A DNA stretch of 64,000 bases, taken from assembly GCA_044342075.1 (NCBI GenBank), contig JBIIQM010000001.1, positions 15,847-79,846 of the forward strand. The letters are read 5' to 3'. Positions 1 to 9,865 of this stretch are shown here, one piece after another. Made by a program: the position numbers and the translations under genes. Under the pieces are notes generated by a model. It was not told where the DNA came from. It searched no databases and was given only the letters and a program-made list of their open reading frames with translations. Source of the DNA: Pirellulales bacterium. Its GTDB lineage: Bacteria; Planctomycetota; Planctomycetia; Pirellulales; UBA1268. How positions within the stretch are numbered: the stretch's first letter is position 1; every line of letters starts with the position of its first letter.

Positions 1-1
1 C

Positions 2-244
2 GGGATCGACGGCACGCGCGACCTGCTCGTGTCGGCTATCGTGCACGAGGGTTTCGTGGATGTGACCGAGGAAGGCACCGAGGCCGCCGCGGCCACGGGC
101 GTGGCCGTCGGCGTGAGAAGCGCGGCGCCATCGCCGGAGCCGCCGCTCGACATCCGGGCCGACCGTCCCTTCGCCTGGGCGATCATCGAGCGGGCCACGG
201 GCACGATCCTCTTCGCCGGCACCGTTCGCGATCCCCGCGGCTAA
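2..244 (+). CDS. serpin-family protease inhibitor, C-terminal fragment (5' end outside window)
   Basis: ORF is open to the window edge. It carries the serpin hinge/reactive-centre loop EEGTEAAAATGVAVGVRS and the C-terminal signature RADRPFAWAIIE..GTILFAGTVRDP. Confidence 0.8.
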   Translation, partial: GIDGTRDLLVSAIVHEGFVDVTEEGTEAAAATGVAVGVRSAAPSPEPPLDIRADRPFAWAIIERATGTILFAGTVRDPRG

Positions 245-304
245 GCGTCGCGCGAGTGGCCGTGGTATTCTCTGCGGTCATCTCATGGCCCCTGGAGGAT
301 TTTC

Positions 305-1165
305 ATGCGCACCCTCGCCACGCTCGTCGCTGCTCTTCTTCCCTGTCTCGCCGCCGCCGCCGAGGCCGGCAAGCCGCTCCAGGTGCTCTTGGTCGCCGGG
401 GGCTGCTGCCACGACTACGCCGCGCAGACACAGATCCTCAAGAAGGGCATCGAGGCTCGTGTGCGGTCGCACGTGGATGTGGCCTACAGCCCAGACACGT
501 CGACGAAGGCCACGTTCGACATCTACGGCAATCCCGACTGGGACAAAGGCTATGACGTCGTGATCCACGACGAGTGCTCGTGCGACGTGACCGACCGCGC
601 CTACATCGAGCGGATTCTCGCGGCCCACCGTCGTGGCACGCCGGCCGTGAACATCCACTGTGCGATGCACTCCTATCGCCGAGGCAACTTCCGGGAGCCG
701 GTTCCGCCCGGCGCCGACAACGCAGACTGGTATGAGATGATCGGGCTGCAGTCGACAGGGCATGGTCCCCAGCAGCCGATCGAGGTCGTTTTTGCCGACC
801 ATGCGCATCCGGTCACGAAGCCGCTCGCAAACTGGAAGACGATCAACGAGGAGCTCTACAACAACATCCAGGTCCTGCCGACCGCCAAAGTGCTCGCCTC
901 GGGCCGGCAACTCGTGCCGCCGAAGCCGAAGAACGGCGAGCCTGTCGATCCAGCAGCCCGGCCGACCGAAGCCACCGCAGCCGTTGTGTGGACCAACGCG
1001 TACGGCCCCAACAAGACGCGGATCTTCAGCACGTCGCTCGGACACAACAACGACACCGTCGCCGACGACCGATATCTGGACCTCGTGACTCGCGGGCTGC
1101 TCTGGGCGGCCGGCCGCCTCGGCGACGACGGCTCGATCGCGTCCGAGCTGCAGGCAAAGCCGTGA
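305..1165 (+). CDS. secreted ThuA-like domain protein
   Basis: 286-aa ORF with GGAGGA just upstream of the ATG and a signal peptide ([15 protein letters not shown]). The body ([19 protein letters not shown]) resembles ThuA-type proteins. Assignment is from recalled family features only. Confidence 0.5.
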   Translation: MRTLATLVAALLPCLAAAAEAGKPLQVLLVAGGCCHDYAAQTQILKKGIEARVRSHVDVAYSPDTSTKATFDIYGNPDWDKGYDVVIHDECSCDVTDRAYIERILAAHRRGTPAVNIHCAMHSYRRGNFREPVPPGADNADWYEMIGLQSTGHGPQQPIEVVFADHAHPVTKPLANWKTINEELYNNIQVLPTAKVLASGRQLVPPKPKNGEPVDPAARPTEATAAVVWTNAYGPNKTRIFSTSLGHNNDTVADDRYLDLVTRGLLWAAGRLGDDGSIASELQAKP

Positions 1166-1238
1166 AGGGGACAACTCTTTTGGAGTCGGGAAGTGTCGCT
1201 ATCATGGGAGCATAACCCCGAAAAGGAGACCCGACGGC

Positions 1239-2381
1239 GTGGCACGTGCAGCACTGGCTCTCGAGGATGGCACGGTCTATTTCGGTGAGTCTTTTGGCGC
1301 CACGGGCACCGTCTCTGGCGAGGTCTGCTTCAACACGTCTATGACGGGGTATCAGGAGATCCTGACCGACCCCTCCTACCGCGGTCAGATCCTCACGATG
1401 ACCGCGCCGCAGATCGGCAACTACGGCGTCAACCACGCCGACGTCGAGAGCGGCAAGCTGCAGATGGCCGGCTTCGTGGTTCGCGAGGCGAGCCGCGTGG
1501 CGAGCAACTTCACCGCCGAGGGCACGCTCGGCGACTATCTCGCGAAGGCCGGCGTCGTCGGCATCGCCGGCATCGACACGCGGGCGCTCGTGCGGCGGCT
1601 GCGGATCCGCGGCGCGATGACGGGCGTGCTCTCGAGCGAGGTGCTCGACGAGGCAAAGCTCGTCGCGATGGCCAAGGCGGCGCCGCAGCTCGTGGGGCAT
1701 GATCTCGTCCGCGAGGTGATGCCGGAGCGCCAGAGCGAATGGACGGAGCGTCTCGATCCCTGGGGTGAGCCGCTGCCGCAGCCGACCGTGGGCGGAGACT
1801 ACCCCGGCAAGCCATCGTTCGCCGGCGAGAAGCACGTGGTCGCGCTCGACTACGGCATGAAGTGGAACATCGCCCGTCATCTCGCGAGCACCGGCTGCCG
1901 CGTGACCGTGCTGCCCGGGAAGGCGACTGCCGCCGAGGTGCTCGCGCTCGGGCCCGACGGCGTGTTTCTCTCCAACGGCCCCGGCGACCCCGAGGTGCTC
2001 GACTACTGCGTGGCCACGGTCCGCGACCTCGTCGGCAAGGTGCCGATCTTCGGGATCTGCCTCGGGCACCAGCTGCTCTCGCTCGCCTGCGGCGCAAAGA
2101 CGTTCAAGCTCAAGTTTGGCCACCGCGGCGCGAATCAGCCCGTGATGGATCTCGAGACCGGCAAGGTGGAGATCACGTCGCAAAACCACGGCTTCGCGGT
2201 CGACGAGGCCACGCTGCCGCCGGAGCTCGTGGTGACGCACCGCAACCTCAATGACGGCACGATCGAGGGCGTGCGGCACAAGACGGCCAACGCCGCGAGC
2301 GTGCAGTATCACCCCGAGGCCGCCGCCGGCCCGCACGACTCGGCCTATCTCTTCGACCGCTTCCGCACGATGATGGCGTGA
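1239..2381 (+). CDS. carA: carbamoyl-phosphate synthase small (glutaminase) subunit
   Basis: GTG start 11 nt after AAAAGGAG. It has the CarA N-domain ([17 protein letters not shown]) and a class-I amidotransferase region ([22 protein letters not shown]). Confidence 0.95.
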   Translation: MARAALALEDGTVYFGESFGATGTVSGEVCFNTSMTGYQEILTDPSYRGQILTMTAPQIGNYGVNHADVESGKLQMAGFVVREASRVASNFTAEGTLGDYLAKAGVVGIAGIDTRALVRRLRIRGAMTGVLSSEVLDEAKLVAMAKAAPQLVGHDLVREVMPERQSEWTERLDPWGEPLPQPTVGGDYPGKPSFAGEKHVVALDYGMKWNIARHLASTGCRVTVLPGKATAAEVLALGPDGVFLSNGPGDPEVLDYCVATVRDLVGKVPIFGICLGHQLLSLACGAKTFKLKFGHRGANQPVMDLETGKVEITSQNHGFAVDEATLPPELVVTHRNLNDGTIEGVRHKTANAASVQYHPEAAAGPHDSAYLFDRFRTMMA

Positions 2382-2382
2382 A

Positions 2383-2435
2383 GTAGGACAGGCTTCAGCC
2401 TGTCGCCGTTACTGACAGGCTGAAGCCTGTCCTAC
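2383..2435. repeat. REP inverted doublet
   Basis: GTAGGACAGGCTTCAGCCTGTC, a 9-nt spacer, then the exact reverse complement, between two convergent genes. Confidence 0.92.
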
Positions 2436-3526
2436 TTTTCCGGCACGGTGATCGTGAACTTCTGCTCGCCGGCCGAGTGTTTGAAAAACTCGTCGCGGTT
2501 CCACTGCGGCTGCTCCGAGTCCGTCGGCGATGGCAGATCAAACGTGGCCCGCAGTTCATAGGTGCGGTCGTCGAGCCGCGTGTAGCCGTAGGGCTGCTTC
2601 GTGACCGGGTCGACGGCGTCGACCACGAACGTGTCGGGATCCTTGGCGAGGTCGTCGAGCGTCGCGGGCAACGAGCCTCGCCGCGTGTGAAACTGCTCGA
2701 TGTTGGACTGGAGCGACCGCAGATCGCCGACCCGCTGGCCGTCGAGCCGCAGCATCCTCGCCCGCACCGGGCTGCCGATGAGGCCCAGCGCCGCGGCGAG
2801 CGCCGCCACCGCCATGGCCGTGCCGGCCCGGTCGAGCCACTTCCGCCAAGGCGGCGCGGGTGGCAGTGCGACCGAGTGAGAGGCTGCCCCTGCGCCGAGC
2901 GCCTCCTCGCGGCGGACGTCGCTCGAATACCAGAGATAGATGCCCCCCGCGATGGCCATGACGACGAGCGACTTGAGCGTGAACCGCAGCGTGGCATCGC
3001 CCTCCAGGAAGTTGATCACCAGGCAGATCAAATTGCCCGCCATGATGAGCGCCGTGACGAGGAGCGTGAAGTAGGCAAGTGCCCGATAGATGGGCGTCAT
3101 GCGGGCCATCGGGTTGGCGGCGGCGTCACGGGCGATCGTGCGGCGCACCAGGGCGAGGATCGGCAGTGACACGATCAGCGCGGCAGCTGCCCAACGGAGG
3201 ATTGGATACACGAACATGCCGCGGTCGCCCGGCAGCGGCAGCCAGCGGTCGATGAGCACGAAGAGGATCGAGCCGGTGGCGAGGGCCGCATGGTAGAGCG
3301 TGGCCGTGGAGAGCAGGTTCAAGAACGCGTCGCGTGGCGAGCTCGACACCCGCTTCCGCGGCACGGGCACCGGCAGCGGCGAATCGGCAAACTCATCGAG
3401 CGCGGTCTGCGCCTCGCGTGCCGACCAGCCCGCGTTCTCCAGGCCGCGAGCGATCTCGGCCCGCGACAGCCCCCGTTCGAGGCATGACTTCACGAAGGCG
3501 ACGAGCACGTCAGGGGCGGCTGGCAT
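2432..3526 (-). CDS. integral membrane protein of unknown function
   Basis: 364-aa ORF with a soluble helical N-terminal module, several hydrophobic spans and a soluble C-terminal domain. Its TAG stop lies in a REP head. Confidence 0.6.
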   Translation of the reverse strand: MPAAPDVLVAFVKSCLERGLSRAEIARGLENAGWSAREAQTALDEFADSPLPVPVPRKRVSSSPRDAFLNLLSTATLYHAALATGSILFVLIDRWLPLPGDRGMFVYPILRWAAAALIVSLPILALVRRTIARDAAANPMARMTPIYRALAYFTLLVTALIMAGNLICLVINFLEGDATLRFTLKSLVVMAIAGGIYLWYSSDVRREEALGAGAASHSVALPPAPPWRKWLDRAGTAMAVAALAAALGLIGSPVRARMLRLDGQRVGDLRSLQSNIEQFHTRRGSLPATLDDLAKDPDTFVVDAVDPVTKQPYGYTRLDDRTYELRATFDLPSPTDSEQPQWNRDEFFKHSAGEQKFTITVPEK

Positions 3527-3746
3527 GGCTTTTCATTCCGAAGAAACGGGACTGCAAACCGGCCTAACTGTCGCGGCGCACACATGTTCCGTCCAGCCAG
3601 CAACCGCCAAATATTGGCTGATCCACGGGTTTTTTGACAAACCGGGTGTGTATGCCAGAGTTGAGGGAAGTCGCGGCTGCATCCCGGCTTTCGCCGGCAG
3701 GCATGGATCTGCCGGTCCCAGTCTCTGCGCCAAGGAGGCTCATCTC

Positions 3747-4268
3747 ATGAGTCGTTTGCTCTCCGTTTGCGGCCTTGCCGCCGCTCTGTTGCTCGCCTTC
3801 GGCTCGTCTGCTGAAGCGGGCTTTGGTCATCACCGTCGCCATCTCGACCCCACCTGCGCCGCCCCGGAGGCCACCTGTGCCGCCGAGCCCGGCTGCAGCG
3901 CCTTTGAGCCGGCCTGTGCCATCGAGCCGTCGTGCGGCTTCGAGCCCGGCTGCGGCGCCGAAACCTGCTGTCCGACGAACCCCTGCATCAAGTATCGCCA
4001 CAAGCACGCCCACAAGCACAAGTGCGCCAAGGGCTGCTGCGAGGAGCCGACCTACCAGACCGTGCTCACCCCGACGAGCCCGGAGACCTGCTGCACGGTG
4101 AACGTGCCGGTGTGCCTCCCGGCCTGCTGCCAGGGCTGCCCGTGCGAGACCTCGCGCTGCACGCTCTTCGGCTGCGGCCAGGTTCGCTATGACTACGGCT
4201 GCGGCTGCTCGGTGATCATCCGCTTCCAGAAGTGCGGCGACATCTGCGTGACCTACGTCGGCTTCTAG
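3747..4268 (+). CDS. small secreted cysteine-rich protein (~25 Cys in ~150 mature residues)
   Basis: ATG at 3747 lies 9 nt after AAGGAGG. Signal peptide is MSRLLSVCGLAAALLLAFGSSAEA. It contains C..EP.C tandem heptads, a KYRHKHAHKHKC patch and many CC/CxC pairs, and is followed by an intrinsic terminator. The longer ORF from 3300 is rejected. Confidence 0.75.
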   Translation: MSRLLSVCGLAAALLLAFGSSAEAGFGHHRRHLDPTCAAPEATCAAEPGCSAFEPACAIEPSCGFEPGCGAETCCPTNPCIKYRHKHAHKHKCAKGCCEEPTYQTVLTPTSPETCCTVNVPVCLPACCQGCPCETSRCTLFGCGQVRYDYGCGCSVIIRFQKCGDICVTYVGF

Positions 4269-4285
4269 TCTGCCACGAAAATCGA

Positions 4286-4319
4286 CCCGGCCGGGAGCCC
4301 TCTCCCGGCCGGGTTTTTT
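4286..4319 (+). terminator. rho-independent terminator of the Cys-rich gene
   Basis: CCCGGCCGGGAG-CCC-TCTCCCGGCCGGG stem-loop followed by TTTTTT, 18 nt after the stop codon. Confidence 0.8.
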
Positions 4320-4330
4320 CGTCGATGCAA

Positions 4331-4352
4331 GACAGGCTGAAGCCTGTCCTAC
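4331..4352 (-). repeat. REP unit (supplies the trxB stop)
   Basis: The plus strand reads GACAGGCTGAAGCCTGTCCTAC. Confidence 0.92.
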
Positions 4353-5410
4353 TTGCCTTGGGCGGCGAGCCAGCGTTCGGCGTCGAGGGCCGACATGCAA
4401 CCGGTGCCGGCGGCGGAGATCGCCTGGCGGTAGTAATCGTCGGCCACGTCGCCCGCCGCGAAGACTCCCTCCACGCTCGTGTCGGTACGGAAGTGCTTCT
4501 TCCAGACGATGTATTTCTTCGGCGTGAGCTCGAGCTGGCCGTCGAGGAAGGCGGTGTTCGGCGTGTGGCCGATGGCGAGGAAGACGCCCGCCACGTCGAC
4601 CTTCTCTTCTTTCCCCTTCTCCGTCGTGCTCTCCAGCCGCACGCCCGTCACACCCTTCGCGTCGTCACCGAGCACTTCGGCGAGCGCCGTGTTGAAGTGG
4701 ATCTTGATCTTGGGATCGTCGTGGGCGCGCTGGGCCATGATCTTCGAGGCCCGGAGGGCGTCGCGGCGGTGAACCAGGTGCACCGTGCTTGCAAACTTCG
4801 TGAGATAGGTCGCCTCTTCGACGGCCGAGTCGCCGCCGCCGACGACCACGAGCTCCTTGTTGCGAAAACGCGGCAAGGCACCATCGCAGACGGCGCAGGC
4901 GCTCACGCCCCGGTTCTTGAACCGCTCTTCGCTCGGCAGGCCGAGCCAGTTGGCGCTGGCGCCGGTGGCCACGATCACGCATGCCGCCTCGACCATGCCC
5001 CCTTCGCTCGGATACAGCTTGAAGGGCCGCTTCGAGAAATCAACCTTCACGATGTCGTCGGTGATGATTCGCGTGCCCATATTGACGGCCTGCTGACGCA
5101 TGAGCTCCATGAGCTCGGGACCGGTCACACCCTCGCCGGCATGGGGAGCCATCATCTGCCGCCGAGCCGCGGGCAGGGCGGAATCGAGAAACCCGCCGAG
5201 GTTGCCATGCGGGAAGCCGGCGTAGTTTTCGACTTCGCTCGTGAGGGCGAGCTGGCCGAGCGGGAGCGTGCCGGACATCCGGTTCTTCTCCGAGATCGCC
5301 CCCTCGTAGACGAGCGGCTTGAGCTGGGCGCGGGCGGCGTAGGTGGCGGCCGACCAGCCGGCGGGCCCGCTGCCGATGATGACGATGGTTTCGTGCGTGG
5401 ATGCGGCCAT
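4349..5410 (-). CDS. trxB: thioredoxin-disulfide reductase
   Basis: FAD motif [10 protein letters not shown], redox-active CAVCDG, NADPH motif [13 protein letters not shown]-terminal GVFAAGDV. Its TAG stop lies in a REP head. Confidence 0.93.
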   Translation of the reverse strand: MAASTHETIVIIGSGPAGWSAATYAARAQLKPLVYEGAISEKNRMSGTLPLGQLALTSEVENYAGFPHGNLGGFLDSALPAARRQMMAPHAGEGVTGPELMELMRQQAVNMGTRIITDDIVKVDFSKRPFKLYPSEGGMVEAACVIVATGASANWLGLPSEERFKNRGVSACAVCDGALPRFRNKELVVVGGGDSAVEEATYLTKFASTVHLVHRRDALRASKIMAQRAHDDPKIKIHFNTALAEVLGDDAKGVTGVRLESTTEKGKEEKVDVAGVFLAIGHTPNTAFLDGQLELTPKKYIVWKKHFRTDTSVEGVFAAGDVADDYYRQAISAAGTGCMSALDAERWLAAQGK

Positions 5411-5569
5411 GCTGATCGACTCCCTTCACTCTGGCGTGGATTGCGGGCCGGGCCGCACGGATTCGACGGCACCCCGCGGATCGGCCATGATGATGAAATT
5501 CATGGCGGGCCGGAAGCCCCGACGCTTGCGGCCGCACGTTTCCCAGAGCCTCCGTGGAAGGAACTGCCG

Positions 5570-7354
5570 ATGAGCCTGCTTGCGATCCTCGTGCCGAGCG
5601 CCCTGGTGCTCGCCGTCGCCTACCGCGTCTATGGCGGCATCCTGGCACGGCTGTTTCGGCTCGACGACGCCGAGCCCACGCCGGCCGTCACGCTCCGCGA
5701 CGACATCGACTACGAGCCGATCCCGCCGCAGCTCCTGATGGGGCAGCACTTCTCCGCGATCGCCGCGGCCGGCCCGATCGTGGGGCCGATCCTCGCAGGC
5801 GTTGCCTTCGGCTGGCTGCCCGCGCTCCTGTGGATCCTCATCGGCAGCATCTTCATCGGCGGCGTCCACGATTTCTCCGCGCTCACGGCCTCAATCCGCC
5901 ACAAGGCCCGCTCGATCGCCGAGGTGGTCCGCGACCACATGAGCCGCCGCGGCTACCTCCTCTTCCTCACGTTCGTCTGGATCGCGCTGGTCTACATCAT
6001 CGTGGCCTTCACCGACATCACGGCCTCGAGCTTCATCGGCCGGCAGACGCTCGAAAACGGCGAGACCGTCTCCGGCGGCGGCATCGCCACGTCGAGCCTG
6101 CTCTATCTCGTGCTGCCGGTCGTGATGGGCGTGTGCATGCGATATCTGAAGATGCCCCTCTGGCTGGCGACCGCGGTCTTCCTGCCGCTCGTGGGCCTGG
6201 CAATCTGGGGCGGCCAGCGGATGCCCTTCGATCTCGCTCAGACGCTCGGCACGACGGACGTCACCGCGCAGAAGATCTGGGGCGTCTTGCTGCTCGTCTA
6301 TTGCATCGGCGCCGCGATGCTGCCGATGTGGATGCTCCTTCAGCCGCGCGGCCATCTGGGTGGCTGTTTTCTTTACGTGGCCCTCGCGGGGGCTGCCGTC
6401 GGCTTGATCCTGAGTGACCGGCTCGTGGCGGGCGATGCGTCGGTGCAATACCCGGCCTTCACCAGCTGGCAGACCGCGAAGGCAGGTGACCTGATCCCGA
6501 TGCTCTTCATCACGATCGCCTGCGGCGCCTGCTCGGGCTTTCATTCGCTGATCGCGTCGGGCACTACGAGCAAGCAGTTGCGCCGCGAGACCGACGCGCG
6601 GCCGATCGGCTACGGTACGATGCTGCTCGAGGCGATGGTGGCGATCGTCAGCCTCTGCTGCGTGATGGTGCTCGCGGGGGACGATCCCCGGGCCAACCAG
6701 CCCCCCAACTTCATCTATGCCCTCGGCCTGGGCCGGTTCCTCGAGATCCTCGGCGTGCCGACGGCGATCGGCGTGTCGTTCGCCCTCACCGCGTTCACGA
6801 CGTTCGTCTACGACACGCTCGACGTCTGCACGCGGCTGGGCCGCTACATCGTCCAGGAGCTCACCGGCATGACCGGCAAGGCGGGGGCGTGGCTGGGCAC
6901 CGTGCTCACGGCCGGCGTGCCGATGCTCTTCCTGCTGCGGCCGCAGCTCGATGGCAACGGCAACGCCGTGCCGGTCTGGAAGACGTTTTGGAGCCTCTTC
7001 GGTGCGAGCAACCAGCTGCTCGCCGCCCTCACGCTTCTGGGCGTGACAGTCTGGCTCTGGCGGACCCGTCGCGAGACGTGGGTCTGGCTCGTCACGGGCC
7101 TGCCGACCGCGTTCATGTATGCCATGAGCACCTGGGCCCTGGCGAGCATGACGCTGCCGAGGTTTCGCAATGCATCCGGCTTCGTGTTGCCGGCCGACCC
7201 GGTGCCATGGGCGGGCGCCGTGCTCCTGGCGCTGGCCGTCGTGATGCTGGTAGAAGCCATTCGCGTGATCGCGTTGCCGCAGGGCCCGCGCGGGCCGGGC
7301 CGGATCGGAGGCCTCCCGGAGCCGCGCGGATGGGCCGCCGCCAAGACCGCCTGA
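5570..7354 (+). CDS. cstA: carbon starvation protein A family transporter
   Basis: ATG at 5570 follows GGAAGGA. CstA N-terminal signature is present ([41 protein letters not shown]), and the protein is polytopic. The upstream part of the 4232 ORF is antisense to trxB. Confidence 0.88.
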   Translation: MSLLAILVPSALVLAVAYRVYGGILARLFRLDDAEPTPAVTLRDDIDYEPIPPQLLMGQHFSAIAAAGPIVGPILAGVAFGWLPALLWILIGSIFIGGVHDFSALTASIRHKARSIAEVVRDHMSRRGYLLFLTFVWIALVYIIVAFTDITASSFIGRQTLENGETVSGGGIATSSLLYLVLPVVMGVCMRYLKMPLWLATAVFLPLVGLAIWGGQRMPFDLAQTLGTTDVTAQKIWGVLLLVYCIGAAMLPMWMLLQPRGHLGGCFLYVALAGAAVGLILSDRLVAGDASVQYPAFTSWQTAKAGDLIPMLFITIACGACSGFHSLIASGTTSKQLRRETDARPIGYGTMLLEAMVAIVSLCCVMVLAGDDPRANQPPNFIYALGLGRFLEILGVPTAIGVSFALTAFTTFVYDTLDVCTRLGRYIVQELTGMTGKAGAWLGTVLTAGVPMLFLLRPQLDGNGNAVPVWKTFWSLFGASNQLLAALTLLGVTVWLWRTRRETWVWLVTGLPTAFMYAMSTWALASMTLPRFRNASGFVLPADPVPWAGAVLLALAVVMLVEAIRVIALPQGPRGPGRIGGLPEPRGWAAAKTA

Positions 7355-7482
7355 AACGCGGCTCAGACCGCCCCACCAAGATCTGCGCCGCCTGCGGCCG
7401 GCCGTTCACGTGGCGCAAGAAATGGGAGCGTTGCTGGGAGCAGGTCCGCTACTGCAGCGACCGCTGCCGCGCTTCTACGTAG
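7330..7482 (+). CDS. DUF2256-type small zinc-ribbon protein
   Basis: 50-aa ORF with [29 protein letters not shown]. It overlaps the cstA end by 25 nt, and its TAG stop is in a REP head. Start choice is uncertain. Confidence 0.6.
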   Translation: MGRRQDRLKRGSDRPTKICAACGRPFTWRKKWERCWEQVRYCSDRCRAST

Positions 7483-7557
7483 GACAGGCTTCAGCCTGTC
7501 GTGTCCAGATTCGCTTCCGGAGGAAGCGGTCTACAGACAGGCTGAAGCCTGTCCTAC
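7479..7557. repeat. REP inverted doublet with an inner GTAG-headed hairpin of a second class (7512-7534)
   Basis: Consensus units at 7479-7500 and 7536-7557. The inner element is CGCTTCC-GGA-GGAAGCG-GTCTAC. Confidence 0.9.
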
Positions 7558-9605
7558 TGGAGTTCACGATCCAAAAACGTCCAGCCGAGCGCGTCCATGA
7601 AGGCCCGCTGCTTGTTGTCGGCCGCGCCGCCGTGGCCGCCCTCGATGTTTTCGTAATAGAGCACCTGCTTGCCCTGCTCCATCAGGAGCGCCGTCATCTT
7701 ACGGGCGTGGCCAGGGTGCACGCGGTCATCGCGGGTGCTCGTCGTGATCAGGATCGGCGGGTGAGTCTTCGCCTTATCGACGTTGTGATAGGGGGAGAAG
7801 CCGCGGATGAAACGCCACTCCTCGGGTGAATCCGGGTTGCCGTATTCCCCCATCCAGCTCGCGCCGGCAAGGAGCGTGTGAAACCGGCGCATGTCGAGCA
7901 GCGGCACCTGGCAGACGACGCCGCCGAAGAGGTCGGGCCGCATCGCATACATGTTGCCCACGAGTAGGCCGCCGTTGCTGCCTCCTTTGACGCCGAGGTG
8001 CGCGGGAGACGTCACCTTCCGGCGGACGAGGTCTTCCGCCACCGCGATAAAGTCTTCATAGGCCCGCGGCCGCTTCTCCTTAAGGGCCGCCTGGTGCCAG
8101 GCGGGGCCGAATTCGCCGCCGCCGCGGATGTTGGCGATCACGTAGACGTTTTTCTGTTCGAGCCAGGCCGCGCCGGCGACCGGCTCGTAGCCGGGCAGCA
8201 GCGGGATCTCGAATCCGCCGTAGCCATAGAGCAGCGTGGGCGTGGAGCCGTCGAGCGGAAGATCGTGCGGCCCGATCTGGAAGTAGGGCACCCGCGTGCC
8301 GTCCTTCGAAACGGCCTCGTGCTGGGTCAGCTTTAGCCCCCGCGCGTCGAAGAACGCCGGCGCCTGCTTGAGCCTCTCCGGAGCCGCGCCCCCCACCGTG
8401 CCGAGCGCGAGCGTCGAGGGCTCGAGCGAGCTCGACGTGACGAGGAAGAAGTCGTCGGTTTCGATGTCATCGACCGGGATCGCGCTGCCGGTGCCGATCT
8501 CCGGCACGCCCGGCAGCGGCTCCCGCCGCCACTGGCCGTCGCGAAATGTGAGCGTGAAGAGCCGGTTGCGCACGTTGTCGAGCGTCGTGATGACGACGTG
8601 GTTTTTCGTGGTGGAGAAGCCCGCGAGCGACGTGCGTTCCGTGGGCTCGAAGAGCACGTGCAGCGTGCGGTCGCCGGCGAGAAACCGCTCGAAGTCGGCC
8701 GCCAGGAGGCTGCCCGCCTTGAACGCTTTTCCTCCGGCCTGCCAGTCGCTCCGCAATTCGACGAGCAGCCACTCGCGGTGGACGGCGGCATTGGCGTCGT
8801 CGGGCTTGTCTATCTTTACCAAGGCGCCACCACGGCTTAGAAACAGCTCGTTCGTCCAAAACGTGATCTGCCGCTGCACGAAGTCTCGCTCGAAGCCGGG
8901 CGTGAGATCGCGATAGGCGCCCACGCTCATGTCGTCAGTCCGCCCCTCGTAGACGGTCTTCGCCTCCGCCAGCGGCGCTCCCCGCCGCCATTCCCGCACC
9001 GTCCGCGGGTAGCCCGACGTCGTGAGCGACCCGGGGCCGAAGTCGGTGGCCACGAACAGGCTCTGCTCGTTCCGCCAGGCCACGTTGCTCTTTGCCTCCG
9101 GAAGCGCAAAGCCGCCATCCACGAACGCCCTCTTCTCGAGATCGAACTCGCGGACGACATCTGCATCCGCGCCGCCCCGCGAGAGCGAGACGAGGCAGAG
9201 CCGGTCTTGGGGTTCGAGCACGGTGGCCCCGTGCCAGACCCAGTTTTCATTTTCGGCCGCGGCGAGCGCGTCGAGATCGATCACGGTCTCCCAGGCCGGC
9301 TCGGGCTTCTTGTATTCCTCGAGCGTTGTCCGCCGCCAGAGCCCCTTCGGGTTCTTGGCGTCGCGCCAGAAGTTGTAGAAGCGGTCGCCGATCTTCGAGA
9401 CCATCGGGATCCGGTCCTTCGAATCGAGGATCGACCGAATCCGCGTTTCGAGCCGCTTGAACTCCTCCGACTCGGCGAGCGCCTTCACGCTCTCGGCATT
9501 CCGCGCCCGCGCCCACTCGAGCGGCTTTTCACCGGTTACGTCCTCGAGCCAGAGATGGGGGTCGTGGGGAGTCTCGCTCACTTCGGCAGCGTTGGTGGGA
9601 TGCAT
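7554..9605 (-). CDS. prolyl oligopeptidase family (S9A) serine peptidase
   Basis: N-terminal DPHLWLEDV plus a beta-propeller region. The C-terminal alpha/beta-hydrolase has GGSNGG (nucleophile Ser) and DDRVHP/GGHGG motifs. The ORF upstream of 9605 runs through REPs and proA and is not coding. Confidence 0.88.
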   Translation of the reverse strand: MHPTNAAEVSETPHDPHLWLEDVTGEKPLEWARARNAESVKALAESEEFKRLETRIRSILDSKDRIPMVSKIGDRFYNFWRDAKNPKGLWRRTTLEEYKKPEPAWETVIDLDALAAAENENWVWHGATVLEPQDRLCLVSLSRGGADADVVREFDLEKRAFVDGGFALPEAKSNVAWRNEQSLFVATDFGPGSLTTSGYPRTVREWRRGAPLAEAKTVYEGRTDDMSVGAYRDLTPGFERDFVQRQITFWTNELFLSRGGALVKIDKPDDANAAVHREWLLVELRSDWQAGGKAFKAGSLLAADFERFLAGDRTLHVLFEPTERTSLAGFSTTKNHVVITTLDNVRNRLFTLTFRDGQWRREPLPGVPEIGTGSAIPVDDIETDDFFLVTSSSLEPSTLALGTVGGAAPERLKQAPAFFDARGLKLTQHEAVSKDGTRVPYFQIGPHDLPLDGSTPTLLYGYGGFEIPLLPGYEPVAGAAWLEQKNVYVIANIRGGGEFGPAWHQAALKEKRPRAYEDFIAVAEDLVRRKVTSPAHLGVKGGSNGGLLVGNMYAMRPDLFGGVVCQVPLLDMRRFHTLLAGASWMGEYGNPDSPEEWRFIRGFSPYHNVDKAKTHPPILITTSTRDDRVHPGHARKMTALLMEQGKQVLYYENIEGGHGGAADNKQRAFMDALGWTFLDRELQ

Positions 9606-9628
9606 AAAAATTAAGAGGAGGCAAAGCA

Positions 9629-9650
9629 GACAGGCTGAAGCCCGTCCTAC
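9629..9650 (-). repeat. REP unit, variant (G-U in minus sense)
   Basis: GACAGGCTGAAGCCCGTCCTAC, 23 nt upstream of the peptidase ATG. Confidence 0.85.
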
Positions 9651-9701
9651 TGGAACGGGAGGCTTCGGGCGACCGAAGGCCGAATGGGTCGGGAGGCGAA
9701 G

Positions 9702-9814
9702 GGGGATCGGCGGAAGCTCGAGGAGCGTTAGGAACTTTCGAGCCGCAGCGGCAAAGGAGCGCCTCTGACGTTCAAGCGAGGAAGTTTCTCCGCGACGAGA
9801 CTTCTGCCGTCCCC
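9702..9814. repeat. MITE-like intergenic element, copy A (imperfect ~15-bp inverted termini)
   Basis: Left end GGGGATCGGCGGAAG, right end GACTTCTGCCGTCCCC. Homologous to 12133-12207. Confidence 0.6.
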
Positions 9815-9843
9815 CGAGCCGGGTTGGGCCCTTGCTGGGGCAT

Positions 9844-9865
9844 GACAGGCTGAAGCCTGTCCTAC
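9844..9865 (-). repeat. REP unit abutting the proA TGA
   Basis: Consensus 22-mer. The minus sense reads TGA-GTAGGACAGGC... Confidence 0.92.

Noticed and set aside
3300-3746. Upstream extension of the Cys-rich ORF
   Set aside because: It is antisense to the 2432-3526 membrane-protein gene and intergenic DNA. The internal ATG at 3747 has AAGGAGG and a signal peptide.
4232-5569. N-terminal 446 codons of the 4232-7354 ORF
   Set aside because: This part is antisense to trxB. CstA similarity and an SD-like GGAAGGA begin at 5570.
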